Source: Actinomycetota bacterium (lineage in GTDB: Bacteria > Actinomycetota > Coriobacteriia > Anaerosomatales > PHET01). Taken from it: DNA of 63,418 nt. The translations under genes were made by a program, and so were the position numbers. Position 1 is the stretch's first letter, and each line of letters opens with the position of its first letter. Positions 16,897-27,000 of this stretch are shown piece by piece. The stretch lies in assembly GCA_037445775.1 (NCBI GenBank), contig JBBIJX010000004.1:1-63418 (forward strand). Reading direction: 5' to 3'. Below the pieces are notes generated by a model. The model searched no databases. It had not been told where the DNA came from and worked only from the letters and a program-made list of their open reading frames with translations.

Positions 16897-18089
16897 ACTT
16901 CGTCGAGAGCTTCCGCATCGCGCTCCGGGCGCTCAACGCCAACAAGGTGAGAAGCGCGCTAACGATGCTCGGCGTCATCATCGGCGTTGCGGCTGTGATC
17001 CTGCTTGTCGCGATAGGTTCGGGCGTGCAGCAGGAGATCACCGGGCAGATCGAGGGGCTCGGGTCGAACCTCCTGTTCGCCTTCCCCGGTGACTTCTCGC
17101 GGGGCGGCGGAGGCGGGGGAGGGCCGGGCATGACGATTCGCAAGCAGTTCATGCTCGACGACGCCGAGCTCATCCAGCGCCGCCTGGGCGGCGAGGCGAT
17201 CGTCGTACCGGTGGTACAGGCCGCCGCGGTGCTGAAAGCGGGCAACCGCACGATCCGCTCGACGCTGGCGGCCGCCAACGAAGAGGGCGACGAGGTCTTC
17301 AATGCCGACTACGTCCACGGGCGCCACTACAACCGCAGCGAGTACGCGACCGCAGCCCGCGTGGTGATGCTCGGCGCTACGCCCGCCCGCGAGCTCTTCC
17401 CCGGGCAGAACCCCGTGGGCCGCGAACTGACCGTCAACGGAGAGCGCTTCACCGTCATCGGCGTTCTCGCTGAGCAGGGAGGCACGCTCTCGGGCGATCA
17501 GGACAACCAGGTCTACATGCCCACTACGACTGCACAGCGGCTGCTGGGGACGCGCAACATCTCGTCGATCATCGTCAAGGCGGCCGACGCGGAGCGCATC
17601 GACAGCGTCAAGGCGCGCATGGAACAAGCGTTGCGTCCGCGCTTCGAAGACGAGTTCAGCGTCTTCACGCAGGAGCAGACGCTTGGAATCCTCTCGTCGC
17701 TGCTCGGCACGCTGACCGTCATGCTCGCCGGCATCGCCGGCATCTCACTACTGGTGGGCGGCATCGGAATCATGAACATAATGCTCGTGAGCGTCTCTGA
17801 GCGGACGCGCGAGATCGGCATCCGTAAGGCCGTGGGCGCGCGAACCTACGACATCATGAGCCAGTTCGTCATCGAGGCGGTCGCGCTGTCGGTGGCCGGC
17901 GGGATCGTGGGAATCGTGCTCGGCTGGAGCGGGGCGGCCGCGCTCACGCGTTGGGTTCCCACAGAGGTCACGTGGTGGGCGGTCGCGCTCGCGTTCTTCT
18001 TCAGCGCGGCGGTAGGCATCTTCTTCGGCGTCTATCCGGCCTGGAAAGCGTCCCGGCTCGATCCCATCGTGGCGCTCCGCTACGAGTAG
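16893..18089 (+). CDS. ABC transporter permease, FtsX/MacB family
   Basis: The start overlaps the ATPase stop. It has MacB_PCD-like periplasmic domain, and the C-terminal FtsX domain ends ...AWKASRLDPIVALRYE. Confidence 0.9.
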   Translation: MNFVESFRIALRALNANKVRSALTMLGVIIGVAAVILLVAIGSGVQQEITGQIEGLGSNLLFAFPGDFSRGGGGGGGPGMTIRKQFMLDDAELIQRRLGGEAIVVPVVQAAAVLKAGNRTIRSTLAAANEEGDEVFNADYVHGRHYNRSEYATAARVVMLGATPARELFPGQNPVGRELTVNGERFTVIGVLAEQGGTLSGDQDNQVYMPTTTAQRLLGTRNISSIIVKAADAERIDSVKARMEQALRPRFEDEFSVFTQEQTLGILSSLLGTLTVMLAGIAGISLLVGGIGIMNIMLVSVSERTREIGIRKAVGARTYDIMSQFVIEAVALSVAGGIVGIVLGWSGAAALTRWVPTEVTWWAVALAFFFSAAVGIFFGVYPAWKASRLDPIVALRYE

Positions 18090-18140
18090 GGCCACGCACC
18101 GGGGCGACGACGGCTCCTGGGTCGCGCGGGCGCTGCGCTC

Positions 18141-18647
18141 TTAGCCCTGGAAGTCGCTCGGGTCGACGTTCTCGAGGAAGTCGCGGAAGCGCTCGACCTC
18201 GATCTCCTCGTCGACCTCCTCTTCGCCCGCGATCGACTCGTCTGCGACGGCGGCGTCGGCCAGCACCTCTTCGGCTACGAAGATGGGCGCACCGGTACGC
18301 ACGGCGAGCGCGATCGAGTCGCTGGGGCGTGCGTCGACGATGCGGGTGCGCTCCTCGCCGCGCAGCACGATGGCCGCGTAGAACGTGCCGCTCTCGACGC
18401 GGGTGATCTCGACGCGCTCGACGTAGGTGTCGAGCGTCTCGAGCACGTCGCGCAGCAGGTCGTGGGTCATCGGGCGCTTGAGGGGCACGCCCTCGACCGC
18501 AAGCAGTATCGCCGTCGCCTCGGCCTGCCCGATCCAGATGGGTAGTAGCACGCCCTCGCCAGGCTCTTCGTCGAGCGGCTTGAGGATGATCACGGGCTGG
18601 TCGGAGCGCGGATCGATCGCGAGACTCGCTATGCGGACCTGCTGCAC
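18141..18647 (-). CDS. Bifunctional nuclease family protein (DUF151/BFN)
   Basis: LPIWIGQAEATAILLAVEG...RPMTHDLL is the DUF151 signature, followed by an acidic tail. Start trimmed to GTG 18647 behind GGAGGTG; the ORF track extends to 18875. Confidence 0.8.
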   Translation of the reverse strand: MQQVRIASLAIDPRSDQPVIILKPLDEEPGEGVLLPIWIGQAEATAILLAVEGVPLKRPMTHDLLRDVLETLDTYVERVEITRVESGTFYAAIVLRGEERTRIVDARPSDSIALAVRTGAPIFVAEEVLADAAVADESIAGEEEVDEEIEVERFRDFLENVDPSDFQG

Positions 18648-18732
18648 CGCGCTCACCTCCGTGATGTGCGTGAGGGCTCTACGGGTAGTCTCTACCCTGA
18701 TGTCATTGTACGCGCTGCGACCGGGAGGCGCT

Positions 18733-19131
18733 GTGAGGCTGGAGATCACGACGACTATGCGCGAGCAGATGGTCGACGTCACTCGGCAGGTCGCCAATGC
18801 GGTGCGAGAGAGCGGCGTGACCGCTGGCGCCGCGCTCGTCTTCTGTCCGCACACGACCGCTGCCGTCACCATCAACGAGAACGCGGACCCGGACGTCTGC
18901 GATGACCTGTGCGATGGACTAGCACGGATCGCGCCGCGAAGTGGCGGGTGGCGTCACGTGGAGGGCAACAGCGACGCGCATCTCAAGGCCGCGCTGGTCG
19001 GCCCGAGCGTGCTCGTGCCTGTCGAGGACGGACACCTCGTGCTAGGAACTTGGCAGGGGGTCTACTTCTGCGAGTTCGACGGACCTCGTTCGCGTCGCCT
19101 CGATGTGACCGTGCTGCCAGGTGTGCGATAG
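18733..19131 (+). CDS. yjbQ: YjbQ/UPF0047 family protein (secondary thiamine-phosphate synthase enzyme)
   Basis: Diagnostic motifs are FCPHTTAAVTINENADPDV..., GNSDAHLKAAL and GTWQGVYFCEFDGPR. Start set at GTG 18733 behind GGGAGG. Confidence 0.85.
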   Translation: MRLEITTTMREQMVDVTRQVANAVRESGVTAGAALVFCPHTTAAVTINENADPDVCDDLCDGLARIAPRSGGWRHVEGNSDAHLKAALVGPSVLVPVEDGHLVLGTWQGVYFCEFDGPRSRRLDVTVLPGVR

Positions 19132-19134
19132 GGG

Positions 19135-19554
19135 CTAGATGCAGCGGACGCGGAGGCCCGTTCCGCCTGCGCGAGCCAGTTGCCGGTCTGCGGTGACCAG
19201 CGCGCACCCGAGGGTATGCGCCAGTGCGGCGTATGCGGAGTCGGGCGCGCTCACGGACCCTTCGGCAACCATCCGCGACGCCTCTGCGAAGAGGCTCTGA
19301 TCAGGCGCGATGAGTCTTACATCGAGTTCGAAGAACGCGTCCATGGCATCCCCCAAGCCGAGCAGCGCGCGCCCGTCGCGGGCGAGCGCACCGAACAACT
19401 CATGTGCGAGGAGCGTGGGTGCGACCAGTCTGATTCTTCCCGCAATGTGGTCTCTGAGCAGCTCGTGCGCGGCCTCGACCGATCCCTCATTCTCGCTCAC
19501 CAGCCACTTGAAGGCGACGCTTGCATCGACGACAACGTGCGGAGCCTCAGTCAC
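19135..19554 (-). CDS. PIN-domain toxin (VapC-like)
   Basis: VVVDASVAFKWLV..., C-terminal VTADRQLA. The GTG start overlaps the RHH antitoxin stop (GTGA). It is a paralog of 55863..56255. Confidence 0.8.
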   Translation of the reverse strand: MTEAPHVVVDASVAFKWLVSENEGSVEAAHELLRDHIAGRIRLVAPTLLAHELFGALARDGRALLGLGDAMDAFFELDVRLIAPDQSLFAEASRMVAEGSVSAPDSAYAALAHTLGCALVTADRQLARAGGTGLRVRCI

Positions 19555-19837
19555 CGTGCCGCACCTCAGCCTCGACTCGGGCGGCAGCGACTTCGGCGAC
19601 GGCGTCAGTATCGCCGAGTCCAAGCCGCTTTCCGATCTCCAGGAGTCTCCTCGATGCCGCCTCGGCCTTGAGTCGTCTGCGCTCGGCCTCGCGGTCAGCC
19701 GACGACCGGACGATGTATCGGAGTGAGGCCTCCTGGACGAGCCCGCTGCGAGACAGGCCGAGCGCCTGTGCTTCGGCGTCGATTCGTCTGAGCAGCTCGT
19801 CAGGTATTGACAGGTTCACCTTGGTCAAGCTGATCAC
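19547..19837 (-). CDS. Ribbon-helix-helix (CopG/VapB-like) antitoxin
   Basis: KVNLSIPDELLRRIDAEAQALGLSRSGLVQEASLRYI is an RHH fold signature. It is a paralog of 55514..55885. Confidence 0.8.
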   Translation of the reverse strand: MISLTKVNLSIPDELLRRIDAEAQALGLSRSGLVQEASLRYIVRSSADREAERRRLKAEAASRRLLEIGKRLGLGDTDAVAEVAAARVEAEVRHGD

Positions 19838-19956
19838 TCCATTGGGAGTAGAGAATACGATGCACTACCGTGAGGGTACACCCCTGCCGCCGAAGGGTCA
19901 ATGCGCACGGTGAGGCACTGAGGGGAGCGTCGGCGCCTCACAACGGGAAGCACTGA

Positions 19957-19985
19957 TTGACCGCCCCGAGGTGCTGTTATAAGGT
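19957..19985 (+). promoter_or_regulatory. Candidate promoter of tRNA-Ile
   Basis: TTGACC (19957..19962), a 17-nt spacer, then TAAGGT (19980..19985), about 20 nt before the tRNA 5' end. Confidence 0.4.
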
Positions 19986-20006
19986 ATGCGGGCGTTTCGC
20001 CCAGTC

Positions 20007-20083
20007 GGGCCCGTAGCTCAGTTGGTTAGAGCGCACGGCTGATAACCGTGAGGTCGATGGTTCGAATCCATCCGGGCCCACCA
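20007..20083 (+). tRNA. tRNA-Ile (anticodon GAU)
   Basis: Cloverleaf read by eye. Acceptor GGGCCCG/CGGGCCC, D-arm GCTCAGTTGGTTAGAGC, anticodon loop CTGATAA, T-arm GGTTCGAATCC. Discriminator is A and CCA is encoded. Confidence 0.93.
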
Positions 20084-20162
20084 CTCTCCCCGTTGGTTTC
20101 CCGCGCCGGGCGAGAAGCGGGGTTAGCGCCCACGCCGCTTCCAGACTCCGGAAAGAACGGCT

Positions 20163-20522
20163 TCAGCGCCTCGGCGGTCGCCTCCGGATCCTCCGAACAG
20201 GCCACTCGCGGAGACCCTCCGACAACCACCACAACCCCAGTCCAGCTCCGGCACCGAGCAGCGCACTAACGGCGAGGAAGGCAACGAGGTGGCTACCGAG
20301 CCACATGATGCCAAGACCCTCCTCGATGTGGGCCGCCCACGACATGGGCATCAACCACTGCAGCGCGCGACCGAGCGTGTAGCCGAGCAGGTCGAAGTAC
20401 AAGTCAGGGAGAAACCCGCGCACCGCGAAACTCAGCGCACCCCACAGTGCACCGCCCAGTGCCCATCGACCGGCGCGGATACGCCGCGAACGCGCAGAGC
20501 GCCGGTTCTTGCTGTCAATCAT
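20163..20522 (-). CDS. Hypothetical small membrane protein
   Basis: The ORF on the minus strand from ATG 20522 gives MIDSKNRRSARSRR... followed by three hydrophobic segments. No recognisable family. Confidence 0.4.
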   Translation of the reverse strand: MIDSKNRRSARSRRIRAGRWALGGALWGALSFAVRGFLPDLYFDLLGYTLGRALQWLMPMSWAAHIEEGLGIMWLGSHLVAFLAVSALLGAGAGLGLWWLSEGLREWPVRRIRRRPPRR

Positions 20523-20704
20523 CGTCTCTGCTGGACCAGCCGCAGGCATCGTCTCGCGTACCCCCCTCAGGTGCGGCACCACTACCTCCGGTCAACGAAG
20601 ACCGGGCTGCACCACACGTGCGAGTAGTCGCTGTTGTCTATGTTGGCGAAGACCATCTTGATGGAGTTGGGGTCGGTGTTCGGCTTCGGAGGAATATACG
20701 CACA

Positions 20705-21538
20705 GTGAAGACCACTCTGAGTCTACATGCCGCTGCGCTGGTGATCGCCGTCGTCTTGGCCGGATCCTTGGCAGGCTGCGCCAAGCCCGAGACCGCACGT
20801 GATGACCTCCCGTACAGGGAACTCTCTGGCGCCGAACGAAAGCGACTCGATTCGCAACGAGCCGTCGTTGCCGCGGTCGCCCAGGAGCGATACGGCGTCC
20901 TTGGGCTCAGGCAGTCAGCTGCTGACCTGCCCGTCCTCCAGCGGATGCTCGACGACAGGGTGTTCAGTGAGGACCAGACCTACGAGCTACGCTCCCTTGG
21001 CGTAGCCTTCGGCGACGTTCTCGCGAATGAGTTGCCGCTGCGCTGGATGGCGATCGAGAGCCTGGAAGGGTTCCGCCCGACCCTGCGATTCAGGGATACG
21101 CCACGGGACTTCGATGCTCTCTCGCTGCTCGAGAAGGAGGGTGCGTACCGGACGCTCGATCTTTCCTCAGAGCTGGAAAGCCTCAAGAAGCAGCTTTCCT
21201 CTCTCGACACGACACCGCGCCCCGGAGGCTACCTCAATCCCGCTGAAGTGACCAAGATCGAGTTCTGGGATGGGCCGTCGGAGCGAGAGACGGTCTTCGC
21301 CGCTGACGATAAGCGGTTCGGAAGAATCCTCTCCGCGTTCAACGCTGCCGAGCGAACTGCAGCGCCTGGTGAGACCACCAACGACTACTCCATCCAGTTC
21401 TACAGCCGTGCGGGTCTTGCGGCGGGTGTGTATTTCAGTGCCGGTGATCAGGTCCTAAGGGTGCAGACGCCCCATGGTGAGAACCTCGGCATCGTGAGCG
21501 ACGAACTCGTGCGCAGGGTCCTAGAGGTCGCCCGATAG
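20705..21538 (+). CDS. Hypothetical lipoprotein
   Basis: GTG 20705 gives VKTTLSLHAAALVIAVVLAGSLAGC, a signal peptide plus lipobox LAGC. The remainder is hydrophilic with no recognised family. Confidence 0.6.
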   Translation: MKTTLSLHAAALVIAVVLAGSLAGCAKPETARDDLPYRELSGAERKRLDSQRAVVAAVAQERYGVLGLRQSAADLPVLQRMLDDRVFSEDQTYELRSLGVAFGDVLANELPLRWMAIESLEGFRPTLRFRDTPRDFDALSLLEKEGAYRTLDLSSELESLKKQLSSLDTTPRPGGYLNPAEVTKIEFWDGPSERETVFAADDKRFGRILSAFNAAERTAAPGETTNDYSIQFYSRAGLAAGVYFSAGDQVLRVQTPHGENLGIVSDELVRRVLEVAR

Positions 21539-21577
21539 TGTTCTTGGATAGCTTCTGGCACTGTCTGTCGCGCTCGA

Positions 21578-22819
21578 CTAGCTGGCGGCTGGCGGGCGGT
21601 GCCTGCGGCGGCGCCGCCGGTTCGGCTTCATGCCCCCGCCTCCCGGCTTTGGCGCGGTGCGTCGCGCGGCGCGCCCGGGATCCGGAACCAGCCGCTCCTC
21701 GGTGTAGGTGAAGCCGGGATGGTCTTCGCACGCGAGCGTCGCGCCGATCTCGCGCTCGATGTCGCGCAGGTTATCGTGCTCGTCGGGTGCCATCATCGAG
21801 ATCGCGTTGCCGCTTCTCCCCGCGCGTGCGGTCCGGCCGATGCGGTGCACGTAGTCGGCCGGAACGTTCGGCAGGTCGAAGTTCACGACGTGCGTGATGT
21901 CGTCGATGTCGATCCCCCGGCTCACGACGTCGGTCGCCACGAGCACGTGCACGCGGCCGTTCTTGAAGTCCTCGAGCGCCTTCTGGCGCTGGGCCTGCGA
22001 CCTGTTGCCGTGGATGGCCGCTCCGCGGATGCCCGCCTTGCCCAGGACGCGCGCCACGCGATCGGCGCGATGCTTCGTGCGTGTGAAGACCAGCGCGCGT
22101 TTGAGGTTGTGATGGCGGACGAGATCGATGAGAAGGTCGGTCTTCTGCTTGGCGCCCACCGGGTAGAGCGACTGCTCGATCGCTTCGACGGGCGTCGAGG
22201 GAGGCGTGACCTCGACGCGCACGGGGTCAGCGAGCGTCGCGTCGATGACCTTCACGACATCGGGCGACATCGTGGCGGAGAACAGCAGGTTCTGCCGTTT
22301 CGCCGGGAGCTTCGCGATGATGCGCCGAACGTCCGGCCAGAAGCCCATGTCGAGCATGCGGTCGGCCTCGTCAAGCACGAGCGTCTCGACGGAGGAGAGG
22401 TCGCAGTCGCCTTGGCCCACGAGGTCGAGCAGGCGCCCCGGGCACGCGACGAGCACGTCGATACCGCGCTTGAGGGCGGCCTTCTGCGGTTCGTAGCCCA
22501 CCCCTCCGTAGACGACAGCGACACGGTGGCGGGTGTGTCGAGCGACGCCGCGCGCGACCTCTTCGATCTGCAGCGCGAGCTCGCGGGTGGGAGTGACGAC
22601 GAGCGCACGGATGCCGCCCGGTGCGGCCGGGGTGCGCTGCAGCAGCGGCAGCACGAAGGCCGCAGTCTTGCCGGTGCCGGTCTGAGCGACACCAACGACG
22701 TCGCGGCCTTCGAGCACGAGCGGGATGGCTTCACGCTGGATGGGGGTCGGCTCGGCGTAGCCCATCGCGCCCACCGCCTTCATGAGGCGGGGGTCGAGAC
22801 CCAGGTTGTCGAAACTCAA
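21578..22819 (-). CDS. DEAD-box ATP-dependent RNA helicase with Arg-rich C-terminal tail
   Basis: Q motif YAEPTPIQ, motif I AQTGTGKT, DEAD (VLDEAD), SAT, HRIGRTARAG. Start set at TTG 22819 (LSFDNLGL) 5 nt after AAGGAGAG; the ORF track extends to 22948. Confidence 0.92.
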   Translation of the reverse strand: MSFDNLGLDPRLMKAVGAMGYAEPTPIQREAIPLVLEGRDVVGVAQTGTGKTAAFVLPLLQRTPAAPGGIRALVVTPTRELALQIEEVARGVARHTRHRVAVVYGGVGYEPQKAALKRGIDVLVACPGRLLDLVGQGDCDLSSVETLVLDEADRMLDMGFWPDVRRIIAKLPAKRQNLLFSATMSPDVVKVIDATLADPVRVEVTPPSTPVEAIEQSLYPVGAKQKTDLLIDLVRHHNLKRALVFTRTKHRADRVARVLGKAGIRGAAIHGNRSQAQRQKALEDFKNGRVHVLVATDVVSRGIDIDDITHVVNFDLPNVPADYVHRIGRTARAGRSGNAISMMAPDEHDNLRDIEREIGATLACEDHPGFTYTEERLVPDPGRAARRTAPKPGGGGMKPNRRRRRRHRPPAAS

Positions 22820-23142
22820 GAACGCTCTCCTTGTCCCGGGCGCCACATGGAGGCGCCCTGCGTGGCAGACGCAGTCGATCCGCGTGCACGCGAGGGGAGC
22901 GTGGAGGACAACCGAGTCTAGGGTGGGCGGCTCACTTCGAAGCCGCATCCTTCAGGTGCGGAGTATGACGACTCGCGGACGAAAGCGCCAGCCCGGGGAT
23001 GTCGCCGACGTCGCATGACAGCGCCACATGCGCACGAAGCGCTCGCTGAGTGGTGATTCCGGCTGTCTTCGCGCGGAAATAGCATCCGTTTGGATACATA
23101 CCTCATCACGGGAGTTCATCCTCGCGCGAACCGGGGGAACGC

Positions 23143-23952
23143 GTGCCGGCCATACTCATCACGGGCGTATCGTCCGGCATCGGCCACGCGTGCGCCTCGC
23201 GTTTCGCGCGCGAGGGGTGGCGAACCGTCGGGACCGTTCGCGACGCGGCCACGCCCGTGCCGGGGCTCCCTGACGACGTGCTGCTCGAGCAGCTCGACCT
23301 CGCGGCGTCGGGCTCGGGCACGGCGCTGGCGGGGCGCGTGCTTGAGCACGGCTGTCCGGACGTCATCCTCAACAACGCCGGGGCGCTGCAGTTCGGTCCG
23401 CTCGAAGACGTCTCGGACGAGGAACTCGAGCGGCTCTTTCGCGTCAACGTCTTCGGTCAACTCGAGGTCATCCGGGGATTTCTGCCTGCGATGCGTGCGC
23501 GCGGCAGCGGCCTCATCGTCAACGTCGGTTCGCTCGGGGGGCGGATGACGTTCCCGTTCTTCGCAGGCTACAACTCGTCGAAGTGGGCGCTCGAGGGGGT
23601 ATCCGAGGGTTTGTGGCACGAGCTCAAGCCGTTCGGCATCCGTGTGAAGATCATCGAGCCGGGGTTCGTCGAGACGGCGATCTGGGGCAAGGCGCTGCCC
23701 GCAACGGACGAACCGGTGCCCGGGCGACGCGAGTACGAGCCATACGTGCGCTCGATGCGGCGGTTCGAGGCCTCGATCACGAAACGCACCTCGCCCGAAA
23801 AGGCTGCCGAACAGGTATGGCGCGCGGTGCAGGACCCCGGCGACCGGCTCCGCTATCCGATTGCCGCGTATGCGCGTCCCGTCCTCACGGCACGCCGGCT
23901 TCTGGGCGACCAGACGCTGCTGAGGTTCTTCCATCGGCGCTGGTTCGACTGA
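23143..23952 (+). CDS. Short-chain dehydrogenase/reductase (SDR)
   Basis: ILITGVSSGIGHA (TGxxxGxG), NNAG, and catalytic YNSSK. Confidence 0.88.
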   Translation: MPAILITGVSSGIGHACASRFAREGWRTVGTVRDAATPVPGLPDDVLLEQLDLAASGSGTALAGRVLEHGCPDVILNNAGALQFGPLEDVSDEELERLFRVNVFGQLEVIRGFLPAMRARGSGLIVNVGSLGGRMTFPFFAGYNSSKWALEGVSEGLWHELKPFGIRVKIIEPGFVETAIWGKALPATDEPVPGRREYEPYVRSMRRFEASITKRTSPEKAAEQVWRAVQDPGDRLRYPIAAYARPVLTARRLLGDQTLLRFFHRRWFD

Positions 23953-24070
23953 GGGGTGTCTGGGTGAGCACCCGAGTGTCTGCGCACGCGCGCGAGAGTA
24001 CCCGGACGTTTCACGCAGCATTCGCGGGGTTCGGCGCCCCCCGCTCGTGACGAGTCTGCCCGTGCCGGTC

Positions 24071-27000
24071 TCACGCGCTGAGCATCGTCACGACCACGTC
24101 GTGATCGAGGCCGTTCTCAACGAGCGGTACCCCGCCGTCACCTTCGTGCACCAAGCCATCGACGCTGATGCGCGCGACGCCGCGGTTCACGCCGCGGGGG
24201 TTGTCCACGCGTATGCGGTAGACCGTGGCGCCGTGACGGTACGTGAGCGAGAACCCCGTCCAACGCTTGGGGATGCACGGGTCGATCACGAGCCTAGAAC
24301 CGCTCGAGGTGGCCACGATTCGGAACCCCAGCAGGTGATGCAGCGCCACGCGGTAGAACCACGATGCCGAGCCGGTGTACCACGTCCATCCTCCGCGCCC
24401 GGTGTGAGGTGCAACCGCGTAGACGTCTGCGGCGACCACGTACGGCTCGACCTTGTAACGCTCGACACCGGTACGGTCCAGGGTGTGCCTGATCGGGTTG
24501 ATGAGGTCGAGGAGCGCGGCGCCCGCATCGCCATCCCCGCGCAGTAGGTAGGCGAGCACGACCCACAGCGCGGCATGCGTGTACTGGCCCCCGTTCTCAC
24601 GAACACCCGGGACGTAACCCTTGATGTAGCCGGGGTCGTGCTCCATGCGGTCGAACGGCGGCGTGAGGAGCGCTATGAGTCCGTCTTCGCGGCGCACGAG
24701 CTTCTCCTCGACACTGTCGAGCGCGACCTGCGCGTTCTCGGGGTCGGCGAGGCCCGAGATCGTCGCCCACGCCTGGACTACGGCGTCGATGCGGCACTCC
24801 TCCGAGTCGCGGGACCCGAGTGGAGTGCCGTCGTCGAAGTACGCTCGCCGGTACCACGCCCCGTCCCAACTCGTCGCTTCAATCGACGCGCCGAGTCCGG
24901 ATGCCCACGCGCGGTAGTCGCGCGCGCGGTCCGCATCGCCGCGGGACTCGCAGACAACCGCGAAGCGCGCGAGGGTGTAGGCGAGGAACCAGCCGAGCCA
25001 CACGCTCTCACCACGCCCCTCGTGTCCCACGCGGTTCATGCCGTCGTTCCAGTCGCCGCCACCCATGAGGGGCAGCCCGTGCTCGCCCACGGTCCGTCCA
25101 GTCTCAAGTGCTCTGATGCAGTGCTCGTAGACGGTCGCGGCCTGCTCGGAGGTCGCCGGCTGCAGGTAGGCGTCCTCAGCGTCAGACGCGAGCGCGGGAC
25201 CGTCGATGAACGCCGTCACCTCGTCGAGAACGCTCGCGTCGCCGGTCGTCTCGAGGTACTCGGCTACAACGAGCGGCAGCCAGTGGCGGTCGTCGGTGAT
25301 GTGCGTTCGAACGCCGCGTCCTGAGAGCGGCTGCCACCAGTGCAAGACATCGCCCTCGGGGAACTGATGCCTGCTCGCCTCGACTATCTGCTCGCGCACG
25401 AGGTCCGGGCGGGCCACGAGTAGTGCGAGCACGTCTTGCAGCTGGTCTCGGAAGCCGTACGCGCCGCTCGACTGGTACGTGGCCGTGCGACCCCACAACC
25501 GGCACGCGGTGACCTGGTAGAGGAGGTGGCCGTTCATGAGCAGATCGAGTCGGTCGTCGGGCGTGTCCACCTCGACGACGCCGAGAAGGTCGTCCCAGAA
25601 GCCGCGCGCGTCGGCGAGCGCCTTGTCGACCGCTGCGGGACGGCGGTAGCGGGCGACGATCTCGCGGCACTCGTCGAGAGTCGCCGTCTGGCCCAGGAGG
25701 AAGGAGACCTCGACGCTCGCGCCGGGTGCGAGTGTGACGTCTGTTCGCAGGGCGCCGCAGTTGTCGTGGAAGCGCCCGGAGGCTCCCGCGAGTCCCGTGC
25801 GGTGCATCGCGTCGGGATCGGCCGCGCGTCCGTTGCGACCGAGGAACTCGGTGCGGCTCGCCGTCCACGAGTGAAGCGGCCGGTCGCATGCGAGGAAAGC
25901 GCAGCGCCCGGGGAAGTCGAAGTTGAAATGGTTGTGCGCGGTGAGTATCGCGTCCTCGGCGTCGAACCAGGTGACTACCAGGTGTTGCGCCTTGGAGCGG
26001 GAGTCGCCCAGCACCCACTCCACGAGCTGGGTCACGGACAGGCGGCGCTGGCGTCCGGAGAGGTTCGTGAGCTTCAACCGGCAGACGCGCACCGGGTCGT
26101 CGGCCGCGACGAACCAGTCGAGTATGTGCGCGATGCCGCGGGTCGTGTGCTCGAAGCGAACGCCGCCACGCCCATGTCTGATCACGTAGGGCTCGGGGGT
26201 GCGCACAGGCAACGGCGTGGGGCTCCAGAACTCGCCGGTCTCCTCGTCGCGCACGTAGAGCATCTCGCCCGAGCCGTCACTCACAGGGTCGTTGTTCCAG
26301 GTGGTGATGCGGTTCTCGTGGCTGTTGAGCGCCCACGTGCACCCGATGCCCGCCTCGGAGACGATTGCTCCGAAGAGCGGGTTCGCGAGGACGTCGATCC
26401 ACGGCGCCGGCGTGGCGTCCTCGCCTTCGAGCACGATGACGTACTCCCGCGTCGCGGCGTCAAAGCCGCCGAGGCCGTTGTCGCACGCGAGCTCGGGCCG
26501 CGCGAACGGCGGGGCAGGCCAGGATTCAGGGCTGCGAGAAGGCACGAACGCGTCGGTCGTCGCCAGGAGCTCGCCGCGACGGTTGAGCTGGAGCTCCAGG
26601 CTTGTGCCGCCGTCCAGGCACGCCCGGGCGACGGTGAGCAGCAGGTTCAGCACGTCGGGGTGCATCTGGTCCGCTCGGCGCACGTAGACGCCGCCCGGCT
26701 TGTCGAGCATCTGCAGTGCGTGTCCGGTGCGCACCAGGAGGCGCAGACGGTCCTCGAGCTCGCTCGCGTACGCGCTCGGCTTCGTGTTGAGGATGACGAG
26801 GTCGGAGACGAGACCCTTGTGCCGCCAATACTGATGTGCGAGCAGGGCCTGGCGGACCAGCGGAGCGTGCTCGATCTCGTCGACACGCACGAGCAGTATG
26901 GGATGGTCGCCTGAGATGCCGATCGACCATAGGCCGTCAATCCGCAGCCCGTTCTCGACCGGCGTCTTGATCTTGAGCGGCGAGTGCGGGTCTGTGAGCA

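Noticed and set aside
18427-18875. Long 5' extensions of the divergent YjbQ (18427) and DUF151 (18875) ORFs, which overlap each other
   Set aside because: The extensions are mutually antisense and lack homology-like sequence. Internal GTG starts with good Shine-Dalgarno sequences (18733 and 18647) give proteins of the normal family length.
20007-20083. tRNA-Ile (and tRNA-Ala at 34464..34539) as integration sites of genomic islands
   Set aside because: No integrase or recombinase is present, and I found no direct repeat of the tRNA 3' end nearby. The adjacent TA pair alone is insufficient evidence.
21599-22921. 440-aa plus-strand ORF
   Set aside because: It is the mirror frame of the DEAD-box helicase, which carries all helicase motifs on the minus strand.
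25436-26914. 492-aa plus-strand ORF, plus many other 60-280-aa ORFs between 24047 and 32935
   Set aside because: All lie inside or antisense to the uninterrupted 2941-aa glucan synthase frame. None has motif support.
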